A DNA stretch of 63,283 bases, counting the filler, from Atractiella rhizophila (taxonomy: Eukaryota): assembly GCA_021432655.1 (NCBI GenBank). It is 12 parts of 12 records of this genome, joined end to end, with 100 filler letters (N's around TTAATTAATTAA, not from the genome) between each part and the next. Parts side by side here need not be neighbours in the genome. Positions count along the whole stretch, not along the records: positions 11,106 to 16,535 come from MU272372.1; positions 16,636 to 22,061 come from MU272373.1; positions 22,162 to 27,558 come from MU272374.1; 9 more parts are not named here. The stretch is one strand, 5' to 3'. Of the stretch, positions 13,008 to 24,159 are shown piece after piece. Both the position numbers and the translations under genes were made by a program. The notes beneath the pieces were generated by a model. It did no database searches, was not told where the DNA came from, and saw only the letters and a program-made list of their open reading frames with translations. Each line of letters opens with the position of its first letter. The first letter of the stretch is position 1.

Positions 13008-14817
13008 AGTAGCGTAGCCAACCCTAACAAGGGGACTTGCGGAACCAGCCTGAGAGTAAAAGAGTTTTTCCCGTTCGTTTCGGACCCAGTACAGGGGGAG
13101 TAGGCAGAGGTAGAACTGAAGGGGTAGGAATTTGGCCCGATAGGCCCGGTGAAGGACGTAGCGGAAGAAGGGAAGTCGTATTGGGTAGTGTAGCAACCGC
13201 TAAGCTGCGTTTAGACGCAAGCGTATGTGGGAGGTAAAGCTAAAGAGAAGAAGAGGTTAACCGGGTGCACTCTAACGGACGACATGAAGGAGTAAGCAAC
13301 AGGCGGTCTAGCGTTGGGAATTCTGGTATGGGAGAGCCACTCACTAGTATTACCATTCTCGTATGACTTCTTACATTTTCTTCCTCTGTATGGTAGGACT
13401 CCCTAGCAGACCCACGCCAGCAAGGTCAGAGCGTTGAAGCTAAGGAGAGGTTAGGCCTAGAAACTCCATTCCTTTGACTAAGGACTAGGACAAGAAGTAT
13501 ACCTTTATCCTGCGAACCCTCACCTTCCACAGCCTACCTTCCAATACTTAAAACTCGACACACCACTTCCCTAGTAGCTAGCCGGTTGCCCACCGCAGTT
13601 AGTCATCAACCTTTCCCGAGACAAGTCTTCTTCACCTCAACTTCTTGGCTTTCCGCCGAAACTTCGCCAGTATCAAAACGGTAAATTCGCGATACGCGAA
13701 AACGAAGTTTACTATTAATTGACTGGACATTCTTCCTCTTTCTCGTAGTCGTGTACCTTCATCTTCAAAGCCAGTAAGGTAATCGCGACCTCGTCCATCT
13801 TTACGTCTTAGAGACGAGTACCTTCCTTCATGTGTATACCCCCGAGTAAAAGTTGCACTCTTACTTGACATTTTCGAATGCCCATTCCACCAGTTTATAA
13901 CACAAAAATTTGTAGATGGAACTGGTCTTACCTTTCCTTTTGTTTTTATAAACGAGTACGTGGCACTAAGGGGTATGCTGACTCCTAGGCGGTCAGGAAA
14001 TGAGTAAACGTAGATGCGTTTGATGTCCGCTGTTAGGGTACCACGTCATAGCTACTGCCAATGGAAGATTGCCCAAGTCCCCTTTTTTCGATGTTGTCTA
14101 CTAGTTTTTGCGTTGAAGATTGTACCAACTGTTCCTCTCGTGAGTCGCAACCGCGTAGAGACCTACTTTGTTTTTTATTGGATACCTACTATAGAGGAGA
14201 GACGGAGACCTAGGTCGTACTGCAAGGTGTGTCCTACACTGGTTCTATCATCCGTATATGTACTCCGTTATACTCTACAAACGTCTCCTACTTTCTTTAT
14301 AAGGCACTTCCACATCTCGTCACACTCCTTTGTTTCTTTTGGGTTCTCCTTTTATTTTGTAGGGGTCGGGTGTGAAACCAAAGGAGCTAACTATTCCTTC
14401 GTAGTAAAACGTGATTACTGCAAGGTTTACACTCACTTCGTCTTTAATTACAAGAAAAGAGTCGTTAACTACCTCTTAGAAGTCGACTTCAAAAGTGCGT
14501 ATAGGTATCATCGTTATTGAGTGGCTTGTTGTTTGCGAAGTCGGGTCAAGAAGTCAGGTAATCGACCTATGGTTTTTAACCTTTACTTGGTAGACACTAT
14601 CCGCCATAGAAATCCATAGCAACGCCCCAGAGATCCATGCTATTTTCAGGTTTTAGGGGACAGTATGTTATACAGTCCAAATAGCATCCGACGTCGTCGT
14701 CTTCGCGGCCACCCTCACTCCCCTTAGCACGCCCTTCATGACCCTCGACTCCTCCCCCTGTGCTTCCAAGCAACTGAGGCAACACCTTTTCCTTCCACTT
14801 GTGTTCCCTCCCTGTCC
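13008..14817 (-). CDS. Hidden spliced hypothetical gene readable only in the REVERSED, NON-complemented sequence (5'-truncated at the gap)
   Basis: Reading the + strand letters right-to-left gives an open exon 14817-14524 (...YDKPDILYDRGFWTFIVPRDP...NWAEAFVV-CG), a GTGAGT donor at 14523, and a GCTGAT branch with pyrimidine tract and CAG acceptor at 13726. A phase-matched stop-free exon 13725-13008 follows (G-SVNYHLKQKRIALKWQNYDRFK...MRVRPRRSGEQSQPMR*). Confidence 0.85.
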
Positions 14818-14981
14818 NNNNNNNNNNNNNNNNNNNNNNNNNNNNNNNNNNNNNNNNNNNNNNNNNNNNNNNNNNNNNNNNNNNNNNNNNNNNNNNNNNN
14901 NNNNNNNNNNNNNNNNNNNNNNNNNNNNNNNNNNNNNNNNNNNNNNNNNNNNNNNNNNNNNNNNNNNNNNNNNNGAACAGC

Positions 14982-15977
14982 TTACTTCTCCTTCGTGACT
15001 GTACCACGGATAAGACCGGTTCTGCGGGCTGCACACGAAGCCAACTATCAGCATCGAACAGAGGAGGGACTAAACGGAGGAAAGAGACCCACCAGCAATG
15101 AGACCTGCTTTTTGACCTGCTGAGGCGTCGCGAGCGATAGTGGAAGCGTGACCGATGTGCTATTCCACAAAACGTCCATGAGCTACGCAAAATTAAGGAT
15201 AAGAGATGCGGACCTGATGGTTACCACCACCATGAGGATGGTCGACAGGGTTCATAGCCACACCTCTAGTCTTAGGCCAGCAGTTCCTCTTCACCCTGTA
15301 CTTGTGGTATGCCCTTCCAGCCTTGAGAAGGGGCTTATCTGGCCTTCCACCACCAGCAACAATACCGACGGTAGCACGCCCGCTTGAAGAGACGGTCTTC
15401 TTAGCTCCAGAGGGGAGACGGATACGAGTCTTGCCATCGTCTCCGTGTCCAATGACAGTGGCGTAGTTCCCAGAAGTACGAGCAAGAGCCCCACGGTCTC
15501 CAACCTTCTCCTCAACATTGCAAACGATGGTTCCTTCAGGCATGATGGAGAGAGGGAGGACGTTTCCGACATTGAGTGTGGCTTTGCGTCCGCAGTACAC
15601 GAAGGAGCCGGTGCTGATGCCCTCCACGGCGATGAAGAGCTGCGTGCGAAGTTTGTAGCGGTAAGGATCACGGAAGACGACTTTTGCGAGTGGGGCTCCT
15701 CTGTATCATCCCAATCATCAATACAATTTCCCTAATGTTGAGCAGAAACGCACCGTCCGGGATCGTGGACTATCTCCTTCACCAACCCGCGAATATACCC
15801 ATTCTTCTCAGCAAAGTCGAGTGGCCTAAGCTTTGCAGCTCCCACTCGATGCTTCTGGTGGGCCTTGAAGATTCCACCTGATTTTCGTTGATTCCTTCAC
15901 ACCAACCGCCACCGCTTCAATGCCACAGCCCTCTTGCTAAAAGAGCTCTGATGTACACACCTAATAACTCGTCCCAT
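14982..15977 (-). CDS. RPL2: 60S ribosomal protein L2 (uL2/L8)
   Basis: MGRVIR start; [34 protein letters not shown]-terminus [15 protein letters not shown]. Several short introns. Confidence 0.97.
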
Positions 15978-17783
15978 GGTCCGCCCTAATACCTACAGTA
16001 ACTAATTTCCGAGAGGAGGCAGAAACGAAAGAGCCTTAATTTGTGATCAGCACAAAAACAAAAGCCCCGTGAAACTTTATTTATTGATTGTACATTTCAA
16101 ATATGCACAAGAACGGCCTCTGGCGCTCTCAGCTTGGCAGCAACCGTGCCAAACGTGTTGATACACGCATAAAGGCTTCAGCGGTTCAGCAATATGCCGC
16201 GTCTTGTCTGCGCCAGATATGCTCATGACCAAGGATCTACCCAGGAGCAATGTGAGACTGCAATTGCCTTTCTTTCCGAGGCTTGGGAACTCCGTGCCCT
16301 TCGTTGCTTTGTGTGCATAATCAAAGGTTCGCCTAGGCCATGGACCGTGTTGCGTATTAACAACTCGGAGAGTACACATCAGTTAGAGCGCAAGAAGCGG
16401 TTCCACATTCTGCACTCGAATCGAAAACTCGGATGGCGCGTCTCTCGCCCCATGTTACCGCTCTCCGTTCATATTGACTGTTCAGAGACACACTCCTACT
16501 CAGACTTCATCCATCAAATTGTGTCTCCCGCCCACNNNNNNNNNNNNNNNNNNNNNNNNNNNNNNNNNNNNNNNNNNNNTTAATTAATTAANNNNNNNNN
16601 NNNNNNNNNNNNNNNNNNNNNNNNNNNNNNNNNNNCTCTCTCATCTGATGACGCCTTGTGCCTACACTCCACACTTCGTCGTCTCCCGATCATGGTGCAG
16701 AGGACGAGTGCGATGAGGTAGAGGAATGGTGCGACTGGGCGTATGGACGTATGAGCTGAGAGTTCGGGTCGTAGAGAGACGGTGGGAGTCGAGATCGCTG
16801 AGAGGTAGATAATTGTTGAGGTGCGGAGATGGAGGCGTCGTCCGCTGACAACATGCTGGGTTCAAGAAATGGAGGATAATAAAGGACCTCTTCTCCGACG
16901 CCGTCAGGCCATATTCGCCCTTGACTCTCTATTCCACCTCCTTCTCTCTCGAAGATTGAACCTCGTACCTGTCCCAAGATGCGCTCACTCGCTCCTCCGT
17001 AAAGATCCTATCCACCTCCTCTCTGAGCGAACCGACCATCGCTTCCATCTCTACACTCACACACTCACACCTTCTACATGCTTGGGAGAGAAATAAGGAG
17101 GATATTGCGGATGTCTAAGGTTGGGAAGAACTAAGCCGGGACACGGCGCGGTAATAAAGGCTCGAGTAAAGACATTTCGATGCACATAGATCATATGTTA
17201 TCCGTGAAATGAAGGTAATACCATCCCACAGTGTGAATACGATACAGTATGAATGCTCCGCCTTCATCGCCGTTTCATTTCCTTGTGCTTTCACTACATC
17301 TACATAATTCGGCGTACTCGACGTTTATGACCGATACGAAAGGGACTGATCCGGGACGTCATAATAGAAGATCCTACTCAGTGGTATCTGCACTAGTTTA
17401 AGTGGATTTGTATGTAAAGAAATGCTGGTAGCAGTAGACAACCACCAAGTTTCAATACACGCTTGCTGCTTCACGTACAACATGCTCTGACAATACATCA
17501 CTAGCCCCACATCGTTCGTCTCGACTTTTGCGTTCGAAAACTACCCATACAGTCGTTTTACCCCCTTACAAGTTCTGAGGGCGAAAATTGTCGTGATCAT
17601 CGTGCCAACTCTAGATAGGCGCCTACACACTGATCAAGGCGCACGCTTTCTTTCGAGCACAAACTTCTCTCCGTGCTAGGTAGCCATTAGGATACAACGA
17701 GACATATCCAGGATGTCTGTCTTCCACAACCTTGCTATCTCCTCTCGGGTCATTGTAAACATTCAAACACAGGCACAGACATT

Positions 17784-18625
17784 TCACAAAGCTTCATACA
17801 TAAAGTCGTCGCTTGAATAAACGAGCCGCGAAGGTAACGTTGTCGAGATCCCAATACTCCTACATAGTGAAAAGAGTTTCTCGTGGGAATGTTGCTTCAG
17901 AAGCTGAGTCACCCAAATATCGATAAAGTCCCTCTTGCAGAAACTGGACCCAACAATAGTGCCAATCTGGATTGACGTGGCAGTCCATCCCAACGACTTC
18001 AATCGTTGATGCAATCGCAGAAAGAAAGACCGATGGAAACATGAAGCCGCGACAGTGTAGTTCCCTGAGATTCTTGAAGTGATCAAGGCCGACACAGACA
18101 GCCCATCCAATCCCACTAAAGTCTCCCCACATCTCAAAGGCTCCGAATCGAAGAGCCTGAAGGGTAGGCGTCGTCACCTCGAAAATTTGCTCTGAAGTCC
18201 TGACCTGGCAGTCCAACCTGACCAGAGACAATGCTTGGAGTTCTGGCGCATTGCGAAGAATGTCGAGCAGGTCGGAAGCATGTGCTTCATCGAGTTTACA
18301 GTGGGACAAGACGAATGTACGCAAGCGAGGGAACACTGGAGGCACCTTCCCATTCCCTTCGATAGCAGTCCATTGTGACAGCTTCAAGTGTCGTAGACCG
18401 CTCAGAGGACGCAGGATGTCCAGCGAGAATTCGAATGGATGGGATGGATCCCAGCATCCCAAGTCGAGCGAGACAAAAGTTTTCATTGACCCGAGAACGT
18501 CGAAAACGGCGTCCGTATTCCCAGTAGCATGCTGCTGGATCACAGGAAAAGTGTTGGAGCGTCGGGCACTCGTTAAGGATACGGATGAACTTCTTCGGAC
18601 CGAAGGAAAAACGCATCAACGGTAA
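17784..18625 (-). pseudogene. Frameshifted, 5'-truncated paralogue of the F-box/LRR gene at 19878-21137
   Basis: Homology to the intact copy is split across three frames (PKKFIRILNECPTLQHFS / LDILRPLSGLRHLKLS...LQALRF / HEKLFSLCRSIGISTTLP...FMYEAL*). The F-box part is missing. Confidence 0.8.
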
Positions 18626-18974
18626 GCTTTCCTGTCATCAGCTTTTCTTGAGTGACTCGGAATGCCGTGGCAGGGGTGAATCTGTCGGATGTGATAAACA
18701 GTCCTTCGACACATTGTAGTATAATTTTAAAGGACGGGTTGAAAGCCCGACAATCTACGTTGCAAAAGAGAGCGATCTGTCAATAAAAAGCTGTACAACT
18801 ACTGGCGGTTTAGAATTACCTTCATGCGTAACGAGGAAGGAGAATAGAGGAGCAATGAGTGAAGTATAAGGGTGGCTTTAATAGCACCCTCACTGTGAGT
18901 GGATATCAGATGGATTCTCTCTTTGCACCAGAACTGATTGTCATCAATAGGAATACATGTTGGACCATGAACAC

Positions 18975-19510
18975 AATGGAACAAGGTTACTGAGCCTAGA
19001 ATTCATCTGGAAGAATTAGACCACGAGGAAGACATTGATCCCCGAGCAAAGCAGAAGCGCTCAAAGCTGAAGGAATGGTGCGTTCCTTCTTTATATGTGT
19101 CTGCAACCAGTTCACTAATTCATTATCCATTGCCTACATATAGCTCATCAAATCAATGGACTCCAAAGCAGCCGGAGGTGCAAAAAACATCGTTGATATG
19201 ACAGCAGAAACCGTCAAAGGCGACCCAGATATCCTAGTTTCAAAGGAGCTACAAGTGCAATTAGCTTATTTGGTTCGTTCCCTCTTACCTCCTGCAGCGT
19301 TCTCTCAAGTGACAAAATCGTTGGTTAGCATGGAGGTTCGCGTGGTCAGTGGGGTGATGCTCTGAAGATCGTCAGAAAGAGTTTTGGAATGAAACTGCTA
19401 GCAATTGCCAGACAGCTTGCTTGAAGAGAGAATCAAACTGGAGGCAGATTGACTTTAACTGGCCCAAGGAGCTTCTTGAAACTCACTCACAACACGACAA
19501 CCAACAGTGA
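18975..19510 (+). CDS. Small spliced hypothetical gene or relic
   Basis: Exon-like blocks are separated by GTGCGT...TAG and GTTCGC...CAG introns. Includes ORF 19156-19365. Start unclear. Confidence 0.3.
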
Positions 19511-19877
19511 GGCTTGGGTGCGCCTTTCCTCTTTCTTGTGTATGGCACTAGTTCGATAAGTGATGAAGAGAATGAAGTGATATGTGAACAATGTCGTATA
19601 GCCGGCTGCTTCAATGCGTGGCGTGCAGTGGGAATATAAGCAAATTATGCTACTCTTTTGCCAAAAACTGTATGATGTCTTTAGCGGTAGAACATGAATA
19701 AATCATGCACGTTAGCAGAGATATATCAATGCTTTCCCTACCTACTTTGTGCATAGAGTGACAAAGGAACGAGAGGACCAATTATTGAAGACAATCGACG
19801 CATCGCAAATCCCACTAAAAGTAGGTTCTATCGCTGGCCCGTCTAGCCATTAGGTACAAACACAACTGATTAACATT

Positions 19878-21137
19878 TCACAAGGTTTCATACAAAAAAT
19901 GGTGGTCGGGACAACGACGGTTGATAGGCGGCAATGTTGTCAATATCCCAAGATCCCTACAGACCGAAAATAATTTCTTGTCGTGGAAATTTTGGTAAAG
20001 ACGCGCATTCACCACCAAACGTCGCAATTGGGGATGGAGTCCATGCAGCAGATCCTGAACCCAGCAATCCCACCATTCCGAGCTGACATTGAAGTCGGTC
20101 CGAATTACTTCGATCGTTGATGTAATCTGAGGAATAAGCCCTGCCGAAAAGGTGGAACCACCACATCGTAGCTCTCGAAGCTGCTTAAAGCGTTGGACAG
20201 CGGTCGTCAAAACCGATCCAACTTCGTCTCCTCCCGTTTCGAAATGCTGGTATCGAAGAGCTCGAAGCGTAGGTGTTGTCGCCAGGAAAATGTCCGGCAC
20301 AGACTCGACAGGACAGTCCAAGCAGTGGAGAGCCAATGCCTGAAGACGGGGCGCATTGCGGAGGATGGCGAGCAGCTCGGAAACTCGTGTTGGACCAACT
20401 TTGCTGCGCGACAAGGCGAATGTACGCAAGTGAGGGAACGTTACAGGCTCTTTATCATGACTTTCGAACGCGGTCCATCCAGAAATCTTCAGATGTTGTA
20501 GACCGGTCAGAGGACGCAAGATATCCAGCGGGAACTGGATTGAAAGACGGGACGGTGAAGGCTTGAAATCAAAGGAGGTGAACGTTTTCATGGCGCCAAG
20601 AAGGTCGAAAACATTACGCAATGGTCCCATTGATTTACGTATGGTTGCGTCTGGCGGATCGAACGAGAGGTGCTGAAGCATCGGACATTGCTTCAGAATA
20701 CGGATGAGCCGTTTCGGATCGACGTAAGGGCAGCGCAAGTCGAGAGATCTTATGAGAGGACCAATATGACTGTTCGCCTCGAGGCGAGCTCTAAAGGTCT
20801 CAAGCTGGTCCGATTCAAGATCGATGTTCTCGTGCATCAAAAGACGTGCGAGAGAGCACCAGGAACGTCGAACTAGTGACAGTTCCGCCAGTTCGATATG
20901 GGCGAACCTTGCGGTCGAGTACCTGGTATAGACAACCATCCGGAAAATTCGAAGGAGGAGTTCCCGCGGTAGCATCGATAAAGACTGGGTGTCGTTATGG
21001 TGTTCCCAGCACTGCGGACCAATCAGCATGGATGTCATTCTGAGATTCTCAATCAAGGAACAAACCATGTCAACATCCTCCTCAGCTTTTGTGGGTGATG
21101 AAGGAGCAAACAAGGAATCGTCGTCACTCGTGTCCAT
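19878..21137 (-). CDS. F-box + leucine-rich-repeat-like protein, intronless, 419 aa
   Basis: F-box motif LSMLPRELLLRIF...LSLVRRSWCSLAR, followed by LxxLxL repeats (LQHLSF, LQHLKI, LQALAL, LRELRC). Confidence 0.85.
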   Translation of the reverse strand: MDTSDDDSLFAPSSPTKAEEDVDMVCSLIENLRMTSMLIGPQCWEHHNDTQSLSMLPRELLLRIFRMVVYTRYSTARFAHIELAELSLVRRSWCSLARLLMHENIDLESDQLETFRARLEANSHIGPLIRSLDLRCPYVDPKRLIRILKQCPMLQHLSFDPPDATIRKSMGPLRNVFDLLGAMKTFTSFDFKPSPSRLSIQFPLDILRPLTGLQHLKISGWTAFESHDKEPVTFPHLRTFALSRSKVGPTRVSELLAILRNAPRLQALALHCLDCPVESVPDIFLATTPTLRALRYQHFETGGDEVGSVLTTAVQRFKQLRELRCGGSTFSAGLIPQITSTIEVIRTDFNVSSEWWDCWVQDLLHGLHPQLRRLVVNARLYQNFHDKKLFSVCRDLGILTTLPPINRRCPDHHFLYETL

Positions 21138-22161
21138 ATCGTCGCATTCGGTGGGATTGCTGGTAGAATATGAACCGATAGTCTGTCTCGAACTCGTCAG
21201 CTACTGCCACAGCCGCAAAAATACGTACTTGTAACGAAAGGGGTGAATTATCCATAAAAGCTGAAGATGGTGGTGCAGGAAAGGTGATCTTGTTGACGCT
21301 ATTTGAAGACTTCTGCTTCCGCACAAATTCGCTCAGTGATCAACTCAATAAGAAGAGAAGAAATCAAACCTCTAAACAAAGAGGGACGTGTGAGACAGGT
21401 GCGAAAGCGAAGGATAAAGGAAAGCTGTACTGGGGAGTTTGGTTGTTGGCTGCCATTGGAACACATGAAGAAACCCCATCCTGGGACGATGTCTCAGTTT
21501 GAAGGTTTCAGTTGTTACCTCTCGACTCACCTGCTGGGCTGATTGGGGCGTAAAGCTCTGCTGCAAATGGTTTCCAAGCTGTGCCTGCGCACAAAGTGGT
21601 TGGAACATCGTGAAAATTAATGGAGTATTGGTCTAGAAAAAGCCTGAGCGGTAACATGCCTTCAGCCACTCCCATCACTAATGAAGGGAATAACTCACCG
21701 TTTGCTCCAATTAATGCAGAAAGTTGCTGTTCTGTGCTTACTGCGCTTACTCTTGCTATCAACAAACCCTGTGGCCGTTCTTGTTGTCGGTTTGGTCGTC
21801 TACAATCTGACAGGGTCTGATTACATAACATGTAAAGTTGTGGTGGTAACACGTGATACCTCGCGTTAACCAGGCACGCGATTTTACAGATTCGATGCCA
21901 CATCTAGCAGAGTACCAGAGCTCCATTGCAACTCAATCCATTAGTGCTATCATACGTGTTGGAGATCGGTAGATGTCATCTGTTTGTTTCGTTTGCCTCA
22001 CGTTCTGGATGCCGTAACAAACATATGCAATATGCACTTCACCACGACCCGGACTTATATGNNNNNNNNNNNNNNNNNNNNNNNNNNNNNNNNNNNNNNN
22101 NNNNNTTAATTAATTAANNNNNNNNNNNNNNNNNNNNNNNNNNNNNNNNNNNNNNNNNNNN

Positions 22162-23082
22162 ACATCTCCTCCCACCTCTCCCACCTCCGCTGCGTCCAGT
22201 ACACGATTCACCGAGCTCTTGACCAAGGCGAAGCGCTCCTTGTCGCTCTCTCGACGTCCCAACACGTCCGGATCCACTAACTCCGGATCCAGCCTATCCT
22301 CCAGATCAGGCTCTCTCTCAGGCTCACTTTCGAGACCTTCGAATCGTTCTAGAGCGAGGAGAGGAAGACAAAGCATCGATGAAGGCGGCACAAGGACGCC
22401 GGAAGCTTATTCGTACATCGGGGCAGAAACGCCGCTTGCTCCTCAAATTCACAAGACCGTGGAACAGAGAGATTCGAAGGGGAGGGATGGAGGGTTGAGG
22501 ACGCCAGATGTCTATTCCTACGCTGAAGGCATTGCGCATCATCCTGCCTCGGCGTTGGTTGGGATGGAAGGGGAGGTTATGGAGAGAGAAGTGAAAGGAA
22601 GAGAGGCTGGACAGAAGGCGCCTGTCACTTATTCTTACGCAGCAGGAATCCCTCCACCTGTTCCACCGCGACCTCCTGCTCCTGCTCCAGTCTCGTCACT
22701 GCCATCGGCCCAAGAGGACAAGCCCCCTATACCGCCGAAAGAGCCCCTTATTTCTTCAGCCTCTCCTCCTCCCGTAGCCCAACCATCCGCTCTTGTCTCC
22801 AATGTGATTCCAGACGCGGAAGAAGACCTCTATCGTCATCCCACCGCCTCCACTATCTCCAATGCGTCCACACCGGGCAAAGGAGGATCAGGAGGTACTT
22901 GGGGAAGGAGAAAAGGGACAATCAAACGATCTGTCGATTTGGGAAGGGACAAAGGAAGGGAAGTGGTGGAGTGGGCGAAGAGGATTAAAGAGCCGAGTGC
23001 AAACGCGGACGGTCATACAGCAGGAGGTTTGGGAGGACTTAGGAGGTGGGGAACGAGGAAGAGGGAGGTGGTCGCCAATTAA
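22162..23082 (+). CDS. 3' part of a Ser/Pro-rich hypothetical protein
   Basis: Frame is open from the scaffold start to TAA 23080-23082, with PPPVPPRP motifs and three YSY-containing repeats. Confidence 0.65.
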   Translation, partial: TSPPTSPTSAASSTRFTELLTKAKRSLSLSRRPNTSGSTNSGSSLSSRSGSLSGSLSRPSNRSRARRGRQSIDEGGTRTPEAYSYIGAETPLAPQIHKTVEQRDSKGRDGGLRTPDVYSYAEGIAHHPASALVGMEGEVMEREVKGREAGQKAPVTYSYAAGIPPPVPPRPPAPAPVSSLPSAQEDKPPIPPKEPLISSASPPPVAQPSALVSNVIPDAEEDLYRHPTASTISNASTPGKGGSGGTWGRRKGTIKRSVDLGRDKGREVVEWAKRIKEPSANADGHTAGGLGGLRRWGTRKREVVAN

Positions 23083-24159
23083 TTGCCATGAATGAGAAGA
23101 TGCATGCATATGGACAAGAATATTGATGACTATTATGGCTTTTGAATCGGTGATTATGACATGGACAGTTCGACAATTTTCTATCATGATGGGTTGGTTC
23201 GATTATCAATAAGTACCCTCGTCCTCAGCTCAGTTTCAATACTGCTGGTGCAGATGATTTTGTGTGTGCATAGACTGAGCTTTGTATTTAGCTGTTACTG
23301 TTAGGATATTGGAAACAAGATATCCTTGACTGTTTGACTTTGCCAATGAGTACCCTGGAAGTTTTCCATCGATAACCTTGGATAATCGGTCGATTGTTGT
23401 TGTAGAAGAACAGTCAGACAAATTTTGGAATCCGTAGGTTGGGAAGTGGCACAGGCAACATCACGTGCTGCTGTAATTCACCCATCCCTCAATCTTCTCT
23501 TTCATACTTTCCTGTACTGTATCTTTTCCTACGTTTCCTTGCAGATTTTGCCCTTGCTGTCGGTTCAAACGACGGTACCGACGACACTATTCAGAACGAA
23601 TCACAGTTTCCACTCTCCGCGACTGCGGCATGGCCCACCCTTCTCTCTTCTCACTGACTCTACTGCCATAACCACAAAGCACGCTGTCAGGCGAATGTCC
23701 ATGGCATTGCGATATCGCTTGTGAATTCGCGAAGTGGAACTCTGACATGATAGGACAACGAGCCCACGGAGCGCTGTCTGGCAGCGTGAGGGAAGGGCCT
23801 CCTCAAACGGCGATTATTTCGTCACGGCCAGCTGAACTTTGAGCGATTCGCGCGAGACGACCACTTATAAAGTGAGGTTTCAGCGTCTCCGCTTGGCAGG
23901 AGGAAGCAGGAGAACACTCTCTGTTACGACGAGCTTTCGTTTCGTGTATTTGTCAGCTTTTTTGTGGAGATCTGAGCTGTCTGGGTATTAGAACCCTCGC
24001 CCAAGTTCTCTCAGCCTTCCCAAAAGTTCCCACCGTTCCAACTCGGTTTGCCCACCGAAACACGAAGCACCCACCCACGTCACGTTGGGCTATATATCTT
24101 GTGCAGTTCTGACCTCTTGACATTGAGCTTGAACGCAGTGTCACTACTCTACAACAAAT

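Noticed and set aside
14014..14520. 168-aa + strand ORF in the track
   Set aside because: It lies within the mirror segment and has atypical composition; it is a spurious product of uncomplemented sequence.
17400..17760. Possible mirror segment
   Set aside because: It shares the TAGCCATTAGG 3' flank motif with the normal-orientation F-box paralogue at ~19844, so it is native orientation.
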